A stretch of DNA of 63,875 nucleotides from Candidatus Caribbeanibacter nitroreducens (lineage in GTDB: Bacteria > Gemmatimonadota > Gemmatimonadetes > Palauibacterales > Palauibacteraceae), in the NCBI GenBank assembly GCA_947581645.1, contig CANPVF010000022.1:1-63875 (forward strand). Direction: 5' to 3'. Shown one piece after another: positions 50,725 through 61,033 of this stretch; position 1 is the stretch's first letter, and the number at the start of each line of letters is the position of its first letter. The translations under genes and the position numbers were made by a program. The notes under the pieces are model-generated. The model saw only the letters and a list, made by a program, of their open reading frames with translations. It had not been told where the DNA came from and ran no database searches.

Positions 50725-51480
50725 GTGCAGAGCCACGCCCTTCGACGCACAGCCGCTCTTCTCGCGCTCCTGCTCACCGCCGCCGCGATGGCGGCCCCGG
50801 ACCGTGCTCGGGCGCAGCAGGAGGGTGGACCGCCGAGCATCGACACCCCCTACCGGTGGATCGACGGCTCCTTCCGGGTCGCCCCGTACGCGGCGCGGCT
50901 CGAGACGGGCCGCGGCAACCTGGAGCTGGGGCCGGAGTCCACGCAGCTGTACGGGGCCCGGGCCCGGATCAGGCTCACGGGCCCGATCTCGCTGGAGGGG
51001 AACCTGGGCTACGCCAGCTCCGAGCGGTCGGTCATCGACCCCAGGCTGTCGGGTGGGCCGGCCGCCGTCGAGTCCGTCCCCTTCCGGTGGGTCGTGGGCG
51101 AGGCCGTCGCCCAGCTCGCCCTGACGGGCCAGCGTACCTGGCACGGCATCCAGCCCTACGTCCTGATCGGCGGCGGAATGGTGCTGGCCGTGGACGAGCC
51201 CCGCAGCCAGGCCCTCTCCGACTCGGCGGACGCCGCCTTCCGGTTCGAGATGAACGCCGCCCCCACGGCGACGGCGGGGGCAGGGGCCGAGTGGCGGATC
51301 TCGGAGACCATCGGCGTCGGCTTCGAGGTCCGGGATCACCTCTGGCGCCTCAAGACCCCGGAGGGCTTCTTCCGGGAGGACGTGCTGGACAGCATCGAGG
51401 AAGCGAACGCGCCCGCACCGGAGGAGACCCAGTGGACGAACAACCTCGAGTTCGGCATCAGCCTCTGGTACTACTTCTGA
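50725..51480 (+). CDS. Outer-membrane beta-barrel protein
   Basis: Signal peptide, alternating beta strands, QPYVLIGGG, C-terminal Phe (ISLWYYF). Confidence 0.78.
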   Translation: MQSHALRRTAALLALLLTAAAMAAPDRARAQQEGGPPSIDTPYRWIDGSFRVAPYAARLETGRGNLELGPESTQLYGARARIRLTGPISLEGNLGYASSERSVIDPRLSGGPAAVESVPFRWVVGEAVAQLALTGQRTWHGIQPYVLIGGGMVLAVDEPRSQALSDSADAAFRFEMNAAPTATAGAGAEWRISETIGVGFEVRDHLWRLKTPEGFFREDVLDSIEEANAPAPEETQWTNNLEFGISLWYYF

Positions 51481-53051
51481 CCCCTCTCCTCCTGGCAGCG
51501 CTCCTCCCGGCGGCCGCCGCTCCGGCGGCTCCGGCTCCCGCCGACGGGGCCGGACTCCGGGCCGAACAGTCGGCGGCCCGGGCGGCCCCGGCCCGCGCCG
51601 ACACCCTCGAGGAGGCGGTGACCGGGCCGGAGGAGCTCCGCCGCCGGCTGCGCAGGATCCTCCGCGAGCCCTCCCTGACGCGGGCCCACGTCGGCCTCGT
51701 GGTGCAGGTGGCCGAGACGGGGAGGATCCTGTTCGAGCGTGCGCCCCACCGCCGGTTCGTCCCCGCCAGCAACACGAAGATCGTCACCGGGGCCGTGGCC
51801 CTCCATCAGCTGGGCGCCGACCACCGGTGGGAGACGCGCCTCGTGGGCACGGGTCCGATCCGGGACGGGACGCTCCGGGGCGACCTGTGGGTCGTGGGCG
51901 GCGGCGACCCCCTCCTGGGACGGGACGACCTGGGGGCGCTGGCCGACCGGCTGCGGCAGGCCGGCGTCCGGCGCGTGAACGGCGACCTCGTGGGCGACGG
52001 GCGGCGGTACCCGGGACCCCAGTGGGGAAGCGGGTGGATGTGGACGGACGTCTACACGGGCTGGGGAGCCGGGATCAGCGCGCTCCGCCTGGATCCGGGG
52101 CGGATCCGCGCCAGCCTGCTGCCCGGGCCGGCCATGGGCGACTCCGCACGGCTCGTGCTCCGGGCCGGAGGTCCCCTGCCCACGATCCGGAACCGCGCGC
52201 GGACCGGCCCGCCGGGCTCCGACGTGCGCCTGGACTTCGTCCCGGACCCGCGCTTCGAGCCGCCGGCGCTCGAGGGATGGATCCCGGCCGACGCCGACTC
52301 CGTGGACCTGTACCTGGCCCCCGACCACCCCACGACGCACGTCGTGGAAGCGCTGGCGGACAGCCTCGCGGGCGAGGACGTCCGGATCGCCGGAGAGGTG
52401 CGCCGCGCGCGGCGCGGAGAGGAGCCGTCCGGGGTCGCCTGGACGGACACCCTGCGCTCGGACTCCCTCGGCGCCGTGCTCCCCGAGCTGCTGAAGCCCA
52501 GCGACAACCAGATCGCCGAGATGCTGGTGCGCGCCCTCGGGGTCGAGGAAGACGATCGGGGCACGGCGGAGGCGGGCCTGGGCGTCGTGGAGGATCAGCT
52601 CCAGGAGTGGGGGATCGAGGCCGGCGCCATCGACCTGAACGACGGCTCCGGGATGTCGCGCTACAACCAGGTGACCCCGGCGGCCATGACGCGCCTGCTG
52701 CGCCGGCTCTGGCAGCTTCCGGACTACGACCTCTTCCGCGACGCCCTGCCCGTGGCGGCGGACGACGGCACGCTGGAGGGACGCCTCCTGGGCACGCCGG
52801 CGGCGAACAACCTGCTGGGGAAGACCGGCTCCCTCTCCTCGGTCCGTGCCCTGTCGGGCTACGTGCGGGCCGGGGACGGCACGACGCTGGTCTACTCGCT
52901 CCTCCTGAACGGCTACGACGGCTCCGGCGACGTGGCCATCGCCATGGAGGACCTGATGGTGGAGCAGCTCTCGCTCTACCGGCGCCCCGTGGCGCCCGGC
53001 TGGCCGGGAGAGCGGCCGCCGGAGGAGGACGACGGAGGCGACGGGGGCTGA
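51477..53051 (+). CDS. dacB: D-Ala-D-Ala carboxypeptidase/endopeptidase (PBP4, peptidase S13)
   Basis: PASNTK (SxxK), GGGDP, SDN, DGSGMSRYN, KTG. Start uncertain (see findings). Confidence 0.9.
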   Translation: MTPLLLAALLPAAAAPAAPAPADGAGLRAEQSAARAAPARADTLEEAVTGPEELRRRLRRILREPSLTRAHVGLVVQVAETGRILFERAPHRRFVPASNTKIVTGAVALHQLGADHRWETRLVGTGPIRDGTLRGDLWVVGGGDPLLGRDDLGALADRLRQAGVRRVNGDLVGDGRRYPGPQWGSGWMWTDVYTGWGAGISALRLDPGRIRASLLPGPAMGDSARLVLRAGGPLPTIRNRARTGPPGSDVRLDFVPDPRFEPPALEGWIPADADSVDLYLAPDHPTTHVVEALADSLAGEDVRIAGEVRRARRGEEPSGVAWTDTLRSDSLGAVLPELLKPSDNQIAEMLVRALGVEEDDRGTAEAGLGVVEDQLQEWGIEAGAIDLNDGSGMSRYNQVTPAAMTRLLRRLWQLPDYDLFRDALPVAADDGTLEGRLLGTPAANNLLGKTGSLSSVRALSGYVRAGDGTTLVYSLLLNGYDGSGDVAIAMEDLMVEQLSLYRRPVAPGWPGERPPEEDDGGDGG

Positions 53052-53069
53052 GCCACTCCCCGTCCGGCC

Positions 53070-54152
53070 CTACAGCTCCAGGACCATCCCGCCGCTGGTG
53101 TAGCCGCCGCCCACGGCGGTGAGGACGACCCGGGTCGGATCCGGCAGCGGCCCGTGCTCGCCCCGAAACACCTCGTCGAAGGCGATGGAGACGGTGGACG
53201 CCGAGGAGTTTCCGTACTCCTCGATCGTGTGGACCACCTGACCGTTGGGAAGCGACAGCTTCTTCTCCAGCCCCCGGGTGATGCGGAGGTTCGCCTGGTG
53301 GGGCACCACGTAGTGGATGTCCTCCCAGTCCAGCTCCGTGGTGGCCAGGGCCCCGTCCGCCACGTCCACCATGGCGTTGATCGCCTGGCGCAGCACCCGC
53401 GGGCCGCCGCCCATGCGGAGCGTCTCGAGGCCCGGCGTGCTCCCCGGGTCCTCCTCGGTCCACTGCTCCGTGGTCATGTACAGGTGCTCGCGGTTGTAGT
53501 CCGCCGTGAGGCAGGGCTCGCCGCGGATCCCCGTCGCCTCGTCGGTGGCCTCCAGGACCGCGCACCCGGCGCCGTCGGAGAAGAGGACGGCGGTCTTCGG
53601 GTCGGTGTAGTCGGTGACCCGGGTCAGGGCGTCGCCGGTGACGGCCAGCACCCGGTCCGCGGTGCCGGCCCGCACGAAGGAGTTGGCGGTGGCCATGGCG
53701 TAGACGAAGCCGGCGCAGGCCGCGTTCACCGTGAAGCCGGGCACCGACGGAGCCCCCAGGTCCCGGGCCAGCGTGCACGCCAGGTTCGGCACCTCGTCCT
53801 CGGGCGTCACCGAGGCGGCGACGATCAGGTCCAGCTCTCCGGCCTCCAGGCCGGCCTCGTCCAGGGCGCGGCGGGCCGCGCGGGCACACATGTCCTCGGT
53901 GGTGTCGTCCGAGTCGAAGGGGAGGATCGGGCGCTCGCGAATGCCCGTCACCTGCCGCGACCAGCGGTCGAAGACCTCCTCCGGCGACAGGTCGTCCGCC
54001 TGTCCCTTCTTCCGCAGGGATCCGCGGGCCCGCTCGACGTCGAAGTTCTCACGGATGCTCTCCATCTCGTACAGGTCCCGGTTGTCGAGCGTCGTCTCGG
54101 GCAGGTACTTGCCCGTTCCGATCACTCGGCCGGTGCGGTTCGACTGGGTCAA
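53070..54152 (-). CDS. fabH: 3-oxoacyl-ACP synthase III family
   Basis: NAACAGF, VLFSDGAG, PHQANLRI, YGNSSAST (Cys-His-Asn triad). Confidence 0.88.
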   Translation of the reverse strand: MTQSNRTGRVIGTGKYLPETTLDNRDLYEMESIRENFDVERARGSLRKKGQADDLSPEEVFDRWSRQVTGIRERPILPFDSDDTTEDMCARAARRALDEAGLEAGELDLIVAASVTPEDEVPNLACTLARDLGAPSVPGFTVNAACAGFVYAMATANSFVRAGTADRVLAVTGDALTRVTDYTDPKTAVLFSDGAGCAVLEATDEATGIRGEPCLTADYNREHLYMTTEQWTEEDPGSTPGLETLRMGGGPRVLRQAINAMVDVADGALATTELDWEDIHYVVPHQANLRITRGLEKKLSLPNGQVVHTIEEYGNSSASTVSIAFDEVFRGEHGPLPDPTRVVLTAVGGGYTSGGMVLEL

Positions 54153-54449
54153 CGTGTTCCCCGTGACTGGGTGGACAGGCTGCCTCGGTACTCCGGTGCG
54201 GAACGCTGCGGACGCCGCGTTGGAAGAGCGGCAGTCGCCGCTCGCCGGACGGGAACTCGTGCAGCGCGGCGCCCGCGTGAGCAGCGTAATTTATACGGTG
54301 CGGGGGGACGGCGCTCAACGCGGCCGGCCGCCGTGGTGCGAGCTTGCGCGGTCCGGGACGCGCCGCGACCGTGGGCCCCGAGTCCCGCGGGACCCGTACT
54401 GGTTCCCGCGAGCCCGCCTCGAGCCTCTTCCGACGAGGGAGACGTTTCC

Positions 54450-55544
54450 GTGCACATCGACGACGTACCGACGCCCGCCCTGCTCCTGGACCTGGACCGC
54501 CTGGAGGCGAACCTGGAGCGGATGGCCCGACGGACCCGGGAGCTCGGCGTCCGGCTCCGGCCACACGCCAAGACGCACAAGTGCGTGGAGATCGCCCGCC
54601 TGCAGCGGGACCTGGGCGCGCCGGGCCTCACCGTCTCCACCCTGCACGAGGCACGGGTGTTCGCCGACCACGGCTTCGACGACATGACGTGGGCCTTCCC
54701 GGTGATCCCGAGCCGGGTGCCGGAGGCGGCGGCCCTCTCGCGCGACGTCACGCTCCGCGTCGTGGTCGACTCCGCGGAGGCCCTCGACGCGCTGCTCCGG
54801 GAGCGGGCTCCCTTCCGGGTCATGCTCCAGGTGGACTGCGGCTACGGCCGGGTCGGGGTCGACCCGGAGGACGAGCGCTCGCTGGAGCTGGCCCGGCGGA
54901 TCGTCGACGCCGGCCGGCTGCGCTTCGACGGGATCCTCACCCACTCCGGCCACGGCTACGACGCCCGGGGCGCCGACGAGCTGGCGGAGGTGGCCGAGGA
55001 GGAGCGGAGCGTCATGGCGGGCTTCGCCGACCGGCTGCGGGACGAGGGCCTCGAGGTGCCTGCCGTGAGCGTGGGCTCCACCCCGGCCACCAGCCACGCC
55101 CGGGACCTGAGCGGCGTCACCGAGGCCCGTCCCGGCAACTACGCCTTCTACGACTACACGCAGTGCGTCATCGGCTCCTGCGCCCCGGAGGACTGCGCCC
55201 TGACGGTGCTCTCCACCGTCGTCTCCTCTCCCCGGGGGCGGGACCACTGCGTCTGCGACGCCGGCGCCCTGAGCCTGTCGCAGGACTCCGGGCGGAAGGA
55301 CGCCTCGCCGGCCACCATGGGCGAGATCTACGACGACTACGGCGCGGGGACGCTCCGGGAGGACGTCCGGCTCACGAAGCTGAGCCAGGAGCACGGCACC
55401 GTGAGCGCGTCGCTTCCGGTGGGCGAGCGGATCCGCATCCTGGAGAACCACTCCTGCCTCACCGCCGCCTGCTTCGACGAGTACCACGTGGTGCGCGGCG
55501 AGGAGGTCGTGGACCGCTGGAAGATCTGGCGGGGACGGAGCTGA
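54450..55544 (+). CDS. Fold-type III PLP enzyme (D-serine dehydratase / D-threonine aldolase family)
   Basis: TPALLLD, RPHAKTHK, THSGHGY, SVGSTP, EARPGNYAFYD, SQEHG, NHSC. Confidence 0.9.
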   Translation: MHIDDVPTPALLLDLDRLEANLERMARRTRELGVRLRPHAKTHKCVEIARLQRDLGAPGLTVSTLHEARVFADHGFDDMTWAFPVIPSRVPEAAALSRDVTLRVVVDSAEALDALLRERAPFRVMLQVDCGYGRVGVDPEDERSLELARRIVDAGRLRFDGILTHSGHGYDARGADELAEVAEEERSVMAGFADRLRDEGLEVPAVSVGSTPATSHARDLSGVTEARPGNYAFYDYTQCVIGSCAPEDCALTVLSTVVSSPRGRDHCVCDAGALSLSQDSGRKDASPATMGEIYDDYGAGTLREDVRLTKLSQEHGTVSASLPVGERIRILENHSCLTAACFDEYHVVRGEEVVDRWKIWRGRS

Positions 55545-55600
55545 CGCGGGAGCGGATCGACCGGGGGGATCTCGCGCGGAGCCCCCCTGCCTCCCCCGGC

Positions 55601-57349
55601 CTACGGCTCCAGCTCCTCCACGTTCTTCCGGGCCGAGCGATACGGCAGGATCGTCGCCGGCACGCAGACGGCCAGCGTGATCCCCAGCGCCAGTCCGATC
55701 TCGGAGGCCTCCGGCGGCCGGGCGTCGTGCCAGGGCAGCCCGCCGGCCAGGTAGTCGCTCAGGGCCCACATCTGGCCGCCCACCACCAGGACCAGGGTGG
55801 CCAGGGCGCCGAACATGAAGAGCAGCCCGCCCACGGACATGGGGATCTCGGCCGCGTTCGGCGCGTCCAGCTTCGGGTACGCGGCGCCCCAGGCCAGGGC
55901 CTGGCCGGTGAAGGCCAGGGTCAGCGCCGCCACGGAGACCAGGGAGAGGGCGATCATCCAGGGGGCCACCCCCAGCAGCCAGTTGGTGACCGCCGTCAGG
56001 GCCGCCGCCAGGACCAGCAGCGGCACGGCCCCGGTCCAGAACTTGGACCACACCAGCACCCCCGGCCGCATCGGGGCGGAGCGAAGGAGCCACATGCTGT
56101 CCCCCTCCAGGCTCACGGCCGGGAAGACGAACCGGGCGGCCACGGCGGCCAGGACGAAGCCGGCCAGGGCCAGGTTGAGGAAGACGATGAGGCTGGTCAG
56201 GTAGTCGCTGATGGCCTCGCTCGCCCCCAGGGGCAGCACCTGCATGTTGTACACGTAGACCACGACCAGGACCGCCAGGATCACGAGCTGGGACCACTGG
56301 GTGGCGTCCCGGAAGAAGACCCGCATGTCCTTGAGCACCATCTCCCGGCGCCGGACCCCCAGCGGCGACAGCAGCCAGTCCACCGTCGTCCACAGCGGGC
56401 CGGCGGCGATGTCGCGCTCCGCCCCCTCCCGCGCCCGGCTGTAGCAGGTGGAGTAGAGACGGCGGTGCAGCAGCGCCCCGAGCACCAGGATGCCCCCGGC
56501 CGTCGTCCACAGGAGCACCAGGTAGAAGGGGTCGAAGGCGCCCTCGAGAAAGCCCATCAGCGCCTCGGACGACCACGCGGAGGGGAGCCAGGGCGAGGTG
56601 GGCCCCCGGAGCGCCTCCAGGAAGTCCACCAGGCTCCGGAAGCCCTCGGGGTTCACCAGCCGTTCGGGGCGGAGCATCCGGAGCCCGGCCACGAGCAGGC
56701 CGGCGGCGCCGATGGTGACCAGCCCCAGGAGGTCACGGACACGCCGGGCCGGGAACACCCGCACCAGGAGCAGCGTCACGGCGCTTCCGACGGCACCCGG
56801 AACCAGGAAGAGCGGAGGCACCGCCGCCAGGGCCACCAGGTAGAAGCCCGCGCCGCCGCCGTACACCTGCTCGTAGGCCACCAGCACCGGCACCAGCAGC
56901 AGGGCCACCATCCACGAGGAGGTGAGGGTGGTCTCGGTGAGCCGCGCCAGGTACAGGTGGAGCCAGTCCACCGGGGAGGAGAGCAGCCCCGGCAGGTCGC
57001 GGGAGAGGAAGAAGTTCGAGAGGGCGCCGATGATGTTGGAGAGGAGGAGGATGGCCAGGACCAGGAGGAGACCCAGGCCCAGCAGCTTCCCCACCAGGGG
57101 CGGGCCCACCTCCGGCACCTCCCGCAGGGAGCGGAGAAACCGGGCCACGCCCCAGTAGCCCAGGGGGCCGCCCACCGCCAGGACGAGCAGCCCCACGACG
57201 ACGCTCCGTCCGGCGCCGCTCCCGCCCTTCAGCCCGTTGAGGGCGGCCTCGATCTTCGGCCGGAGGAGCCACCGCCAGGTCGGCGGCTTCCGCGCCGGCG
57301 CCGCGCTGCCGGCGCCGGGATCTCCGCCGTCGCCGGAGGGACCGCTCAC
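55601..57349 (-). CDS. Putative ABC transporter permease (large multi-pass membrane protein)
   Basis: Many TMs; FFLSRDL...LLSSPV, KDMRVFFRD, SLEG...WLLRSAP; coupled to the ATPase gene. Confidence 0.82.
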   Translation of the reverse strand: MSGPSGDGGDPGAGSAAPARKPPTWRWLLRPKIEAALNGLKGGSGAGRSVVVGLLVLAVGGPLGYWGVARFLRSLREVPEVGPPLVGKLLGLGLLLVLAILLLSNIIGALSNFFLSRDLPGLLSSPVDWLHLYLARLTETTLTSSWMVALLLVPVLVAYEQVYGGGAGFYLVALAAVPPLFLVPGAVGSAVTLLLVRVFPARRVRDLLGLVTIGAAGLLVAGLRMLRPERLVNPEGFRSLVDFLEALRGPTSPWLPSAWSSEALMGFLEGAFDPFYLVLLWTTAGGILVLGALLHRRLYSTCYSRAREGAERDIAAGPLWTTVDWLLSPLGVRRREMVLKDMRVFFRDATQWSQLVILAVLVVVYVYNMQVLPLGASEAISDYLTSLIVFLNLALAGFVLAAVAARFVFPAVSLEGDSMWLLRSAPMRPGVLVWSKFWTGAVPLLVLAAALTAVTNWLLGVAPWMIALSLVSVAALTLAFTGQALAWGAAYPKLDAPNAAEIPMSVGGLLFMFGALATLVLVVGGQMWALSDYLAGGLPWHDARPPEASEIGLALGITLAVCVPATILPYRSARKNVEELEP

Positions 57350-58101
57350 TCCAGCACTCCGGCCAGCATGCGGTCCGAGACGTCGCCGGTGAGGCGGAGG
57401 AAGATCTCCTCCAGGTCGCCGCGCTCGGTCTCGGCACGCCTCCGGAGCTCCTCCATGGTGCCCTGGGCCAGGAGCTGCCCCTCGTTCACCACGGCCAGAC
57501 GGTCGGCCAGGGCCTCTGCGAACTGCAGGGTGTGGGTGGAGATGAGCACGGTGCCGCCGCGGGACGCGAAGGAGCGGACCAGGTTCCGGAAGATGCGCGC
57601 GGCCTGCGGGTCCATGCCCACCATGGGCTCGTCCACCACCAGCACCTGCGGCCGGTGGACCAGGGCGCCGGAGATGATGAGCTTCTGGCGCATGCCGTGG
57701 CTGTAGGACTCCACCAGCCGGTCGCCCCGGGGCGTCAGGTCCCAGAGCTCCAGCAGCTCGTCGATGCGCTCCTCCACGTGCTCTCCGCGCTCACCGTGCA
57801 GCCCGGCGGAGAACCGCAGGAGCTCCCGCCCCGTCACCTTCTCGTACACGTAGGGCCGGTCGGGCACGTATCCCAGCTCCCCCTTGGCCAGCTCCGGCTC
57901 CTCCACCACGTCGTGGCCGGCGATCACGGCCCGCCCCCCGTCCGGACGGAGGATGCCGGCCAGGGTGCGCAGCGCCGTGGTCTTCCCGGCGCCGTTCCGC
58001 CCCAGGAGCGCCACCATCTCGCCGGCCTCCACCTCCAGGTCCAGGCCGTCGACGGCGGCGAAGTCGCCGAAGCGCTTGGTCAGGCCCTCGAGCCGGATCA
58101 T
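57346..58101 (-). CDS. ABC transporter ATP-binding protein
   Basis: GRNGAGKTT, YSHGMRQK, VVDEP; ATG at 58101. Confidence 0.93.
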   Translation of the reverse strand: MIRLEGLTKRFGDFAAVDGLDLEVEAGEMVALLGRNGAGKTTALRTLAGILRPDGGRAVIAGHDVVEEPELAKGELGYVPDRPYVYEKVTGRELLRFSAGLHGERGEHVEERIDELLELWDLTPRGDRLVESYSHGMRQKLIISGALVHRPQVLVVDEPMVGMDPQAARIFRNLVRSFASRGGTVLISTHTLQFAEALADRLAVVNEGQLLAQGTMEELRRRAETERGDLEEIFLRLTGDVSDRMLAGVLE

Positions 58102-59069
58102 GGCGGTCCTCCGTCGATCGTGTCGCGTTCGTCCTCGCCCGGGAGATCCTGCGGTCGGATCCCCCCCGATGCTCCCGCCCGGGCCGTATCGGACGGGAAG
58201 AAGGCCAGCTCGAAGGCCGTGCGCTCCAGGCGCAGAGCCGACCCGAGGCGTGCCTCCAGCAGCCGGCCGTCCTCGTCCACCCAGGCCGTGACGGGGACGC
58301 CGCTCTCGGCCGGCGTGAGCCTCCACGCCCGCACGGTGTCGGTGCCGGCCACGGCCCACTGGCCCGTGGCCGTGTCCCGATCCGCGCTGTCCGGGAAGAC
58401 CCGGGTGGCCTCCTCCTCGACCCGCAGCTCCACCGTCCGCACGGAGGCCGAGCGCGGATCCAGCATACGGACGGCCACCCGGCGCCCCGGCCGGATGTCC
58501 GGATCGGCCGCCAGACGGAGCGGGAGCGCACCCATGGGAACCAGTCCGCCGCGGGTCGAGATCCGCACGGTGTCGGTGCGGCCGGCGCGCCGGACCGCGG
58601 CCACCAGGGTCGAGTCCCCCCGGACCAGGCCCGAGGCGCTCAGGCTGTCGCCCGCCGGGCTCGGGGCCCCTCCGCTGGCGTCGGAGGAGAGGCCACCCAG
58701 CCCCGAGAGGCCGGTGAGGAGGGAGCCCGTGGCCCGGGCGGTGAACCGCTCCAGGCCCAGATCGCTCCCGAGCCGGGCCGAGGTCTCCGCCCGGAGGTCT
58801 CCGGAGACGCCCAGCGGCCCCGCCTCCATCTCCAGCAGGGTGGAGAGGTCGAACCCGCCGCCCGGGAGCGTGTCCAGCTGCACCCGGGCCCAGCCCAGGC
58901 GCCGCTCGTCCCAGGTGAGGCTGTAGTAGGAGGGGCCCGGGGGAATGCCGCCGGCGGCGCGGGTGAGGAGCGTGGCTCGGGCGGGGAAGTACTCCCGCTT
59001 CACGTGCCAGCCGAGGGCCCCGGCCCAGGCGACCAGCAGACCGACGGCGAGGATCGTGCGCCTGGACAT
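58098..59069 (-). CDS. Membrane-anchored hypothetical protein of the ABC operon
   Basis: N-terminal TM, beta-rich body, AWVDEDGRLL; overlaps the ATPase start. Confidence 0.72.
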   Translation of the reverse strand: MSRRTILAVGLLVAWAGALGWHVKREYFPARATLLTRAAGGIPPGPSYYSLTWDERRLGWARVQLDTLPGGGFDLSTLLEMEAGPLGVSGDLRAETSARLGSDLGLERFTARATGSLLTGLSGLGGLSSDASGGAPSPAGDSLSASGLVRGDSTLVAAVRRAGRTDTVRISTRGGLVPMGALPLRLAADPDIRPGRRVAVRMLDPRSASVRTVELRVEEEATRVFPDSADRDTATGQWAVAGTDTVRAWRLTPAESGVPVTAWVDEDGRLLEARLGSALRLERTAFELAFFPSDTARAGASGGIRPQDLPGEDERDTIDGGPP

Positions 59070-59123
59070 GGTGAACGACTCGCGGGTTCCGGCCGGGACG
59101 GCGTCGTCCCGGCGGAGTGCCCG

Positions 59124-60110
59124 CTAGCCGCCGTCCCCCCTGATCTTCCGGATCTCCTCGGTGAGCTCCGGGACGACCTCGAACAGGTCGCCGATGATCC
59201 CGTAATCGGCCACGTCGAAGATCGGCGCCTCCGGGTCCTTGTTGATCGCCACGATCACGTTCGACGTGCGCATGCCGGCCAGGTGCTGGATGGCGCCGCT
59301 GATTCCGACGGCCACGTACAGGTTCGGGGAGACCACCTTGCCGGTCTGTCCGACCTGTTCGGCGTGCGGGCGCCACCCGGCGTCCACGACGGCGCGGCTG
59401 GCCCCCAGCGCCGTGCCGGGACCGAGGGCGTCGACGAGGTCCTCGAGCAGGCTCCAGTTGTCGGGCCCCTGCATCCCGCGTCCCCCGGAGACCACCTGGC
59501 TCGCCTCGGCCACGTCCAGCTTCCCCTCCTCCGAGGTCTCCACCGGGCTCACCCGCGTGCGGACGGGATCGGCGTCCACCTCCAGCTCCTCGTGCTCGCC
59601 GCTCCCCTGACTCTCCTCCGGGATGAAGACGTTGGGGCGGATGCTCATGAGAGCCGGGCTCTCGGTGAACCCGACCCGGGCGTAGGCCTTGTCCGCGTAG
59701 GTCGGGCGCGTGACCACGGGCTCTCCGTCCTCCACCTCGAGGTCGGTGATCTCCGTGGCCAGCCCCCTGCCCAGTCGGGCGGCGACCCGGGGGGCCAGGT
59801 CCTTGCCGCGGGCGGAAGCCGGGAAGAGGATCGCCGCGTACTCCTCCTGGTCCGCCAGGTACTGGAACGCGCGGACCAGGGCGTCGGGGTGGTAGGCGCC
59901 GAACTCCCCGTCCTCGGCGGTGAAGATCCGGTCGGCACCGTAGTCGGCCAGCGAGGCCACCTCCTCGCCGGAGCCCGGCGGGCCCACCGACACCACGTGC
60001 ACGTCGCCGCCCAGCTCGTCGGCCAGGCGGCGGGCGCCGGTGACGGTCTCCCGGGCGACCCCTCGCAGCTGCGATCCCCGAAGCTCCGCGTACGCGAGTA
60101 CGTCGCTCAT
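59124..60110 (-). CDS. etfA: Electron transfer flavoprotein alpha subunit
   Basis: [38 protein letters not shown]. Confidence 0.95.
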   Translation of the reverse strand: MSDVLAYAELRGSQLRGVARETVTGARRLADELGGDVHVVSVGPPGSGEEVASLADYGADRIFTAEDGEFGAYHPDALVRAFQYLADQEEYAAILFPASARGKDLAPRVAARLGRGLATEITDLEVEDGEPVVTRPTYADKAYARVGFTESPALMSIRPNVFIPEESQGSGEHEELEVDADPVRTRVSPVETSEEGKLDVAEASQVVSGGRGMQGPDNWSLLEDLVDALGPGTALGASRAVVDAGWRPHAEQVGQTGKVVSPNLYVAVGISGAIQHLAGMRTSNVIVAINKDPEAPIFDVADYGIIGDLFEVVPELTEEIRKIRGDGG

Positions 60111-60859
60111 CACAGCACCTTCGCTTCCTCGTGGAGACGGCGCGCCAGCTCCGGTGCCGCCTCGGCTCCCTCGCCGACGATCTCCCCGTCGGTCCCCTCC
60201 TCGGGCTCCCGCATGGAGAGCAGCTCGGTCGACGCTTCGGCCAGCTCGACCTCCTTCTTCTCCAGCGGCTTCTTCTTGGCGGCCATGATCCCCTTCAGGT
60301 CGGCGTATCGGGGCTCGTTGAGCCCCTTCTGCGTCGATACGACGGCCGGCAGCTCGAGCTCCACCATCTCGTGGCCTCCCTCCACCTCGCGGCGGGCCAC
60401 GGCCCGGCCGTCCTCGACGTCCAGGTCGACGACCACGGTGGCGCACGGCAGGCCCAGGATCTCGGCCACCATGGGCGGTACCTGCATGTTGTCGTCGTCG
60501 ATGGCCTGCTTGCCGAAGAGGAGGAGGTCGAAGTCCCGGTCCTCCAGCTCGGCGGCCAGCTCCCGGGCCACGGTGAGTCCGTCCATGGGCGGCTCGGCCT
60601 CCAGGAGGACGGCGTCGTCCGCCCCCATGGCCAGGGCGTTCCGCAGCTGCTCCTCGGCCTCGTCCGGGCCCAGGCACAGGGCGGTGACCTGTCCCTCGCC
60701 CCGCTCCTCCCGGATCTGGATCGCCTCCTCGACGGCGAACTCGTCGTAGGGGTTCACCACGTACTTGACGCCCGAGGTGTCGATGCCCCGGCCGTCGCCG
60801 GTGACCCGGACGCGGGTGCCCGAGTCCGGGACTCTCTTCACGCAGACGATGATGTTCAC
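60110..60859 (-). CDS. etfB: Electron transfer flavoprotein beta subunit
   Basis: VCVKRVPD, NPYDEFAVEEA, GKQAIDDD, NEPRY. Confidence 0.95.
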   Translation of the reverse strand: MNIIVCVKRVPDSGTRVRVTGDGRGIDTSGVKYVVNPYDEFAVEEAIQIREERGEGQVTALCLGPDEAEEQLRNALAMGADDAVLLEAEPPMDGLTVARELAAELEDRDFDLLLFGKQAIDDDNMQVPPMVAEILGLPCATVVVDLDVEDGRAVARREVEGGHEMVELELPAVVSTQKGLNEPRYADLKGIMAAKKKPLEKKEVELAEASTELLSMREPEEGTDGEIVGEGAEAAPELARRLHEEAKVL

Positions 60860-61033
60860 GGCAGGTCGTCCCCTATGCTGTTGTGCTGTCGCTCGCGTCG
60901 CACGGCGCGGACGACGGTGACTCTCTCGGTTCGTCGAGTCGGGCGCGGCTCGGAGATCGCCCGCCCGGAAGGACGTCGAAGCTATCGGCGCCGATCGCGG
61001 GCGTCCAGATGGGGCCGGGCCTGAGCCGTTCCG

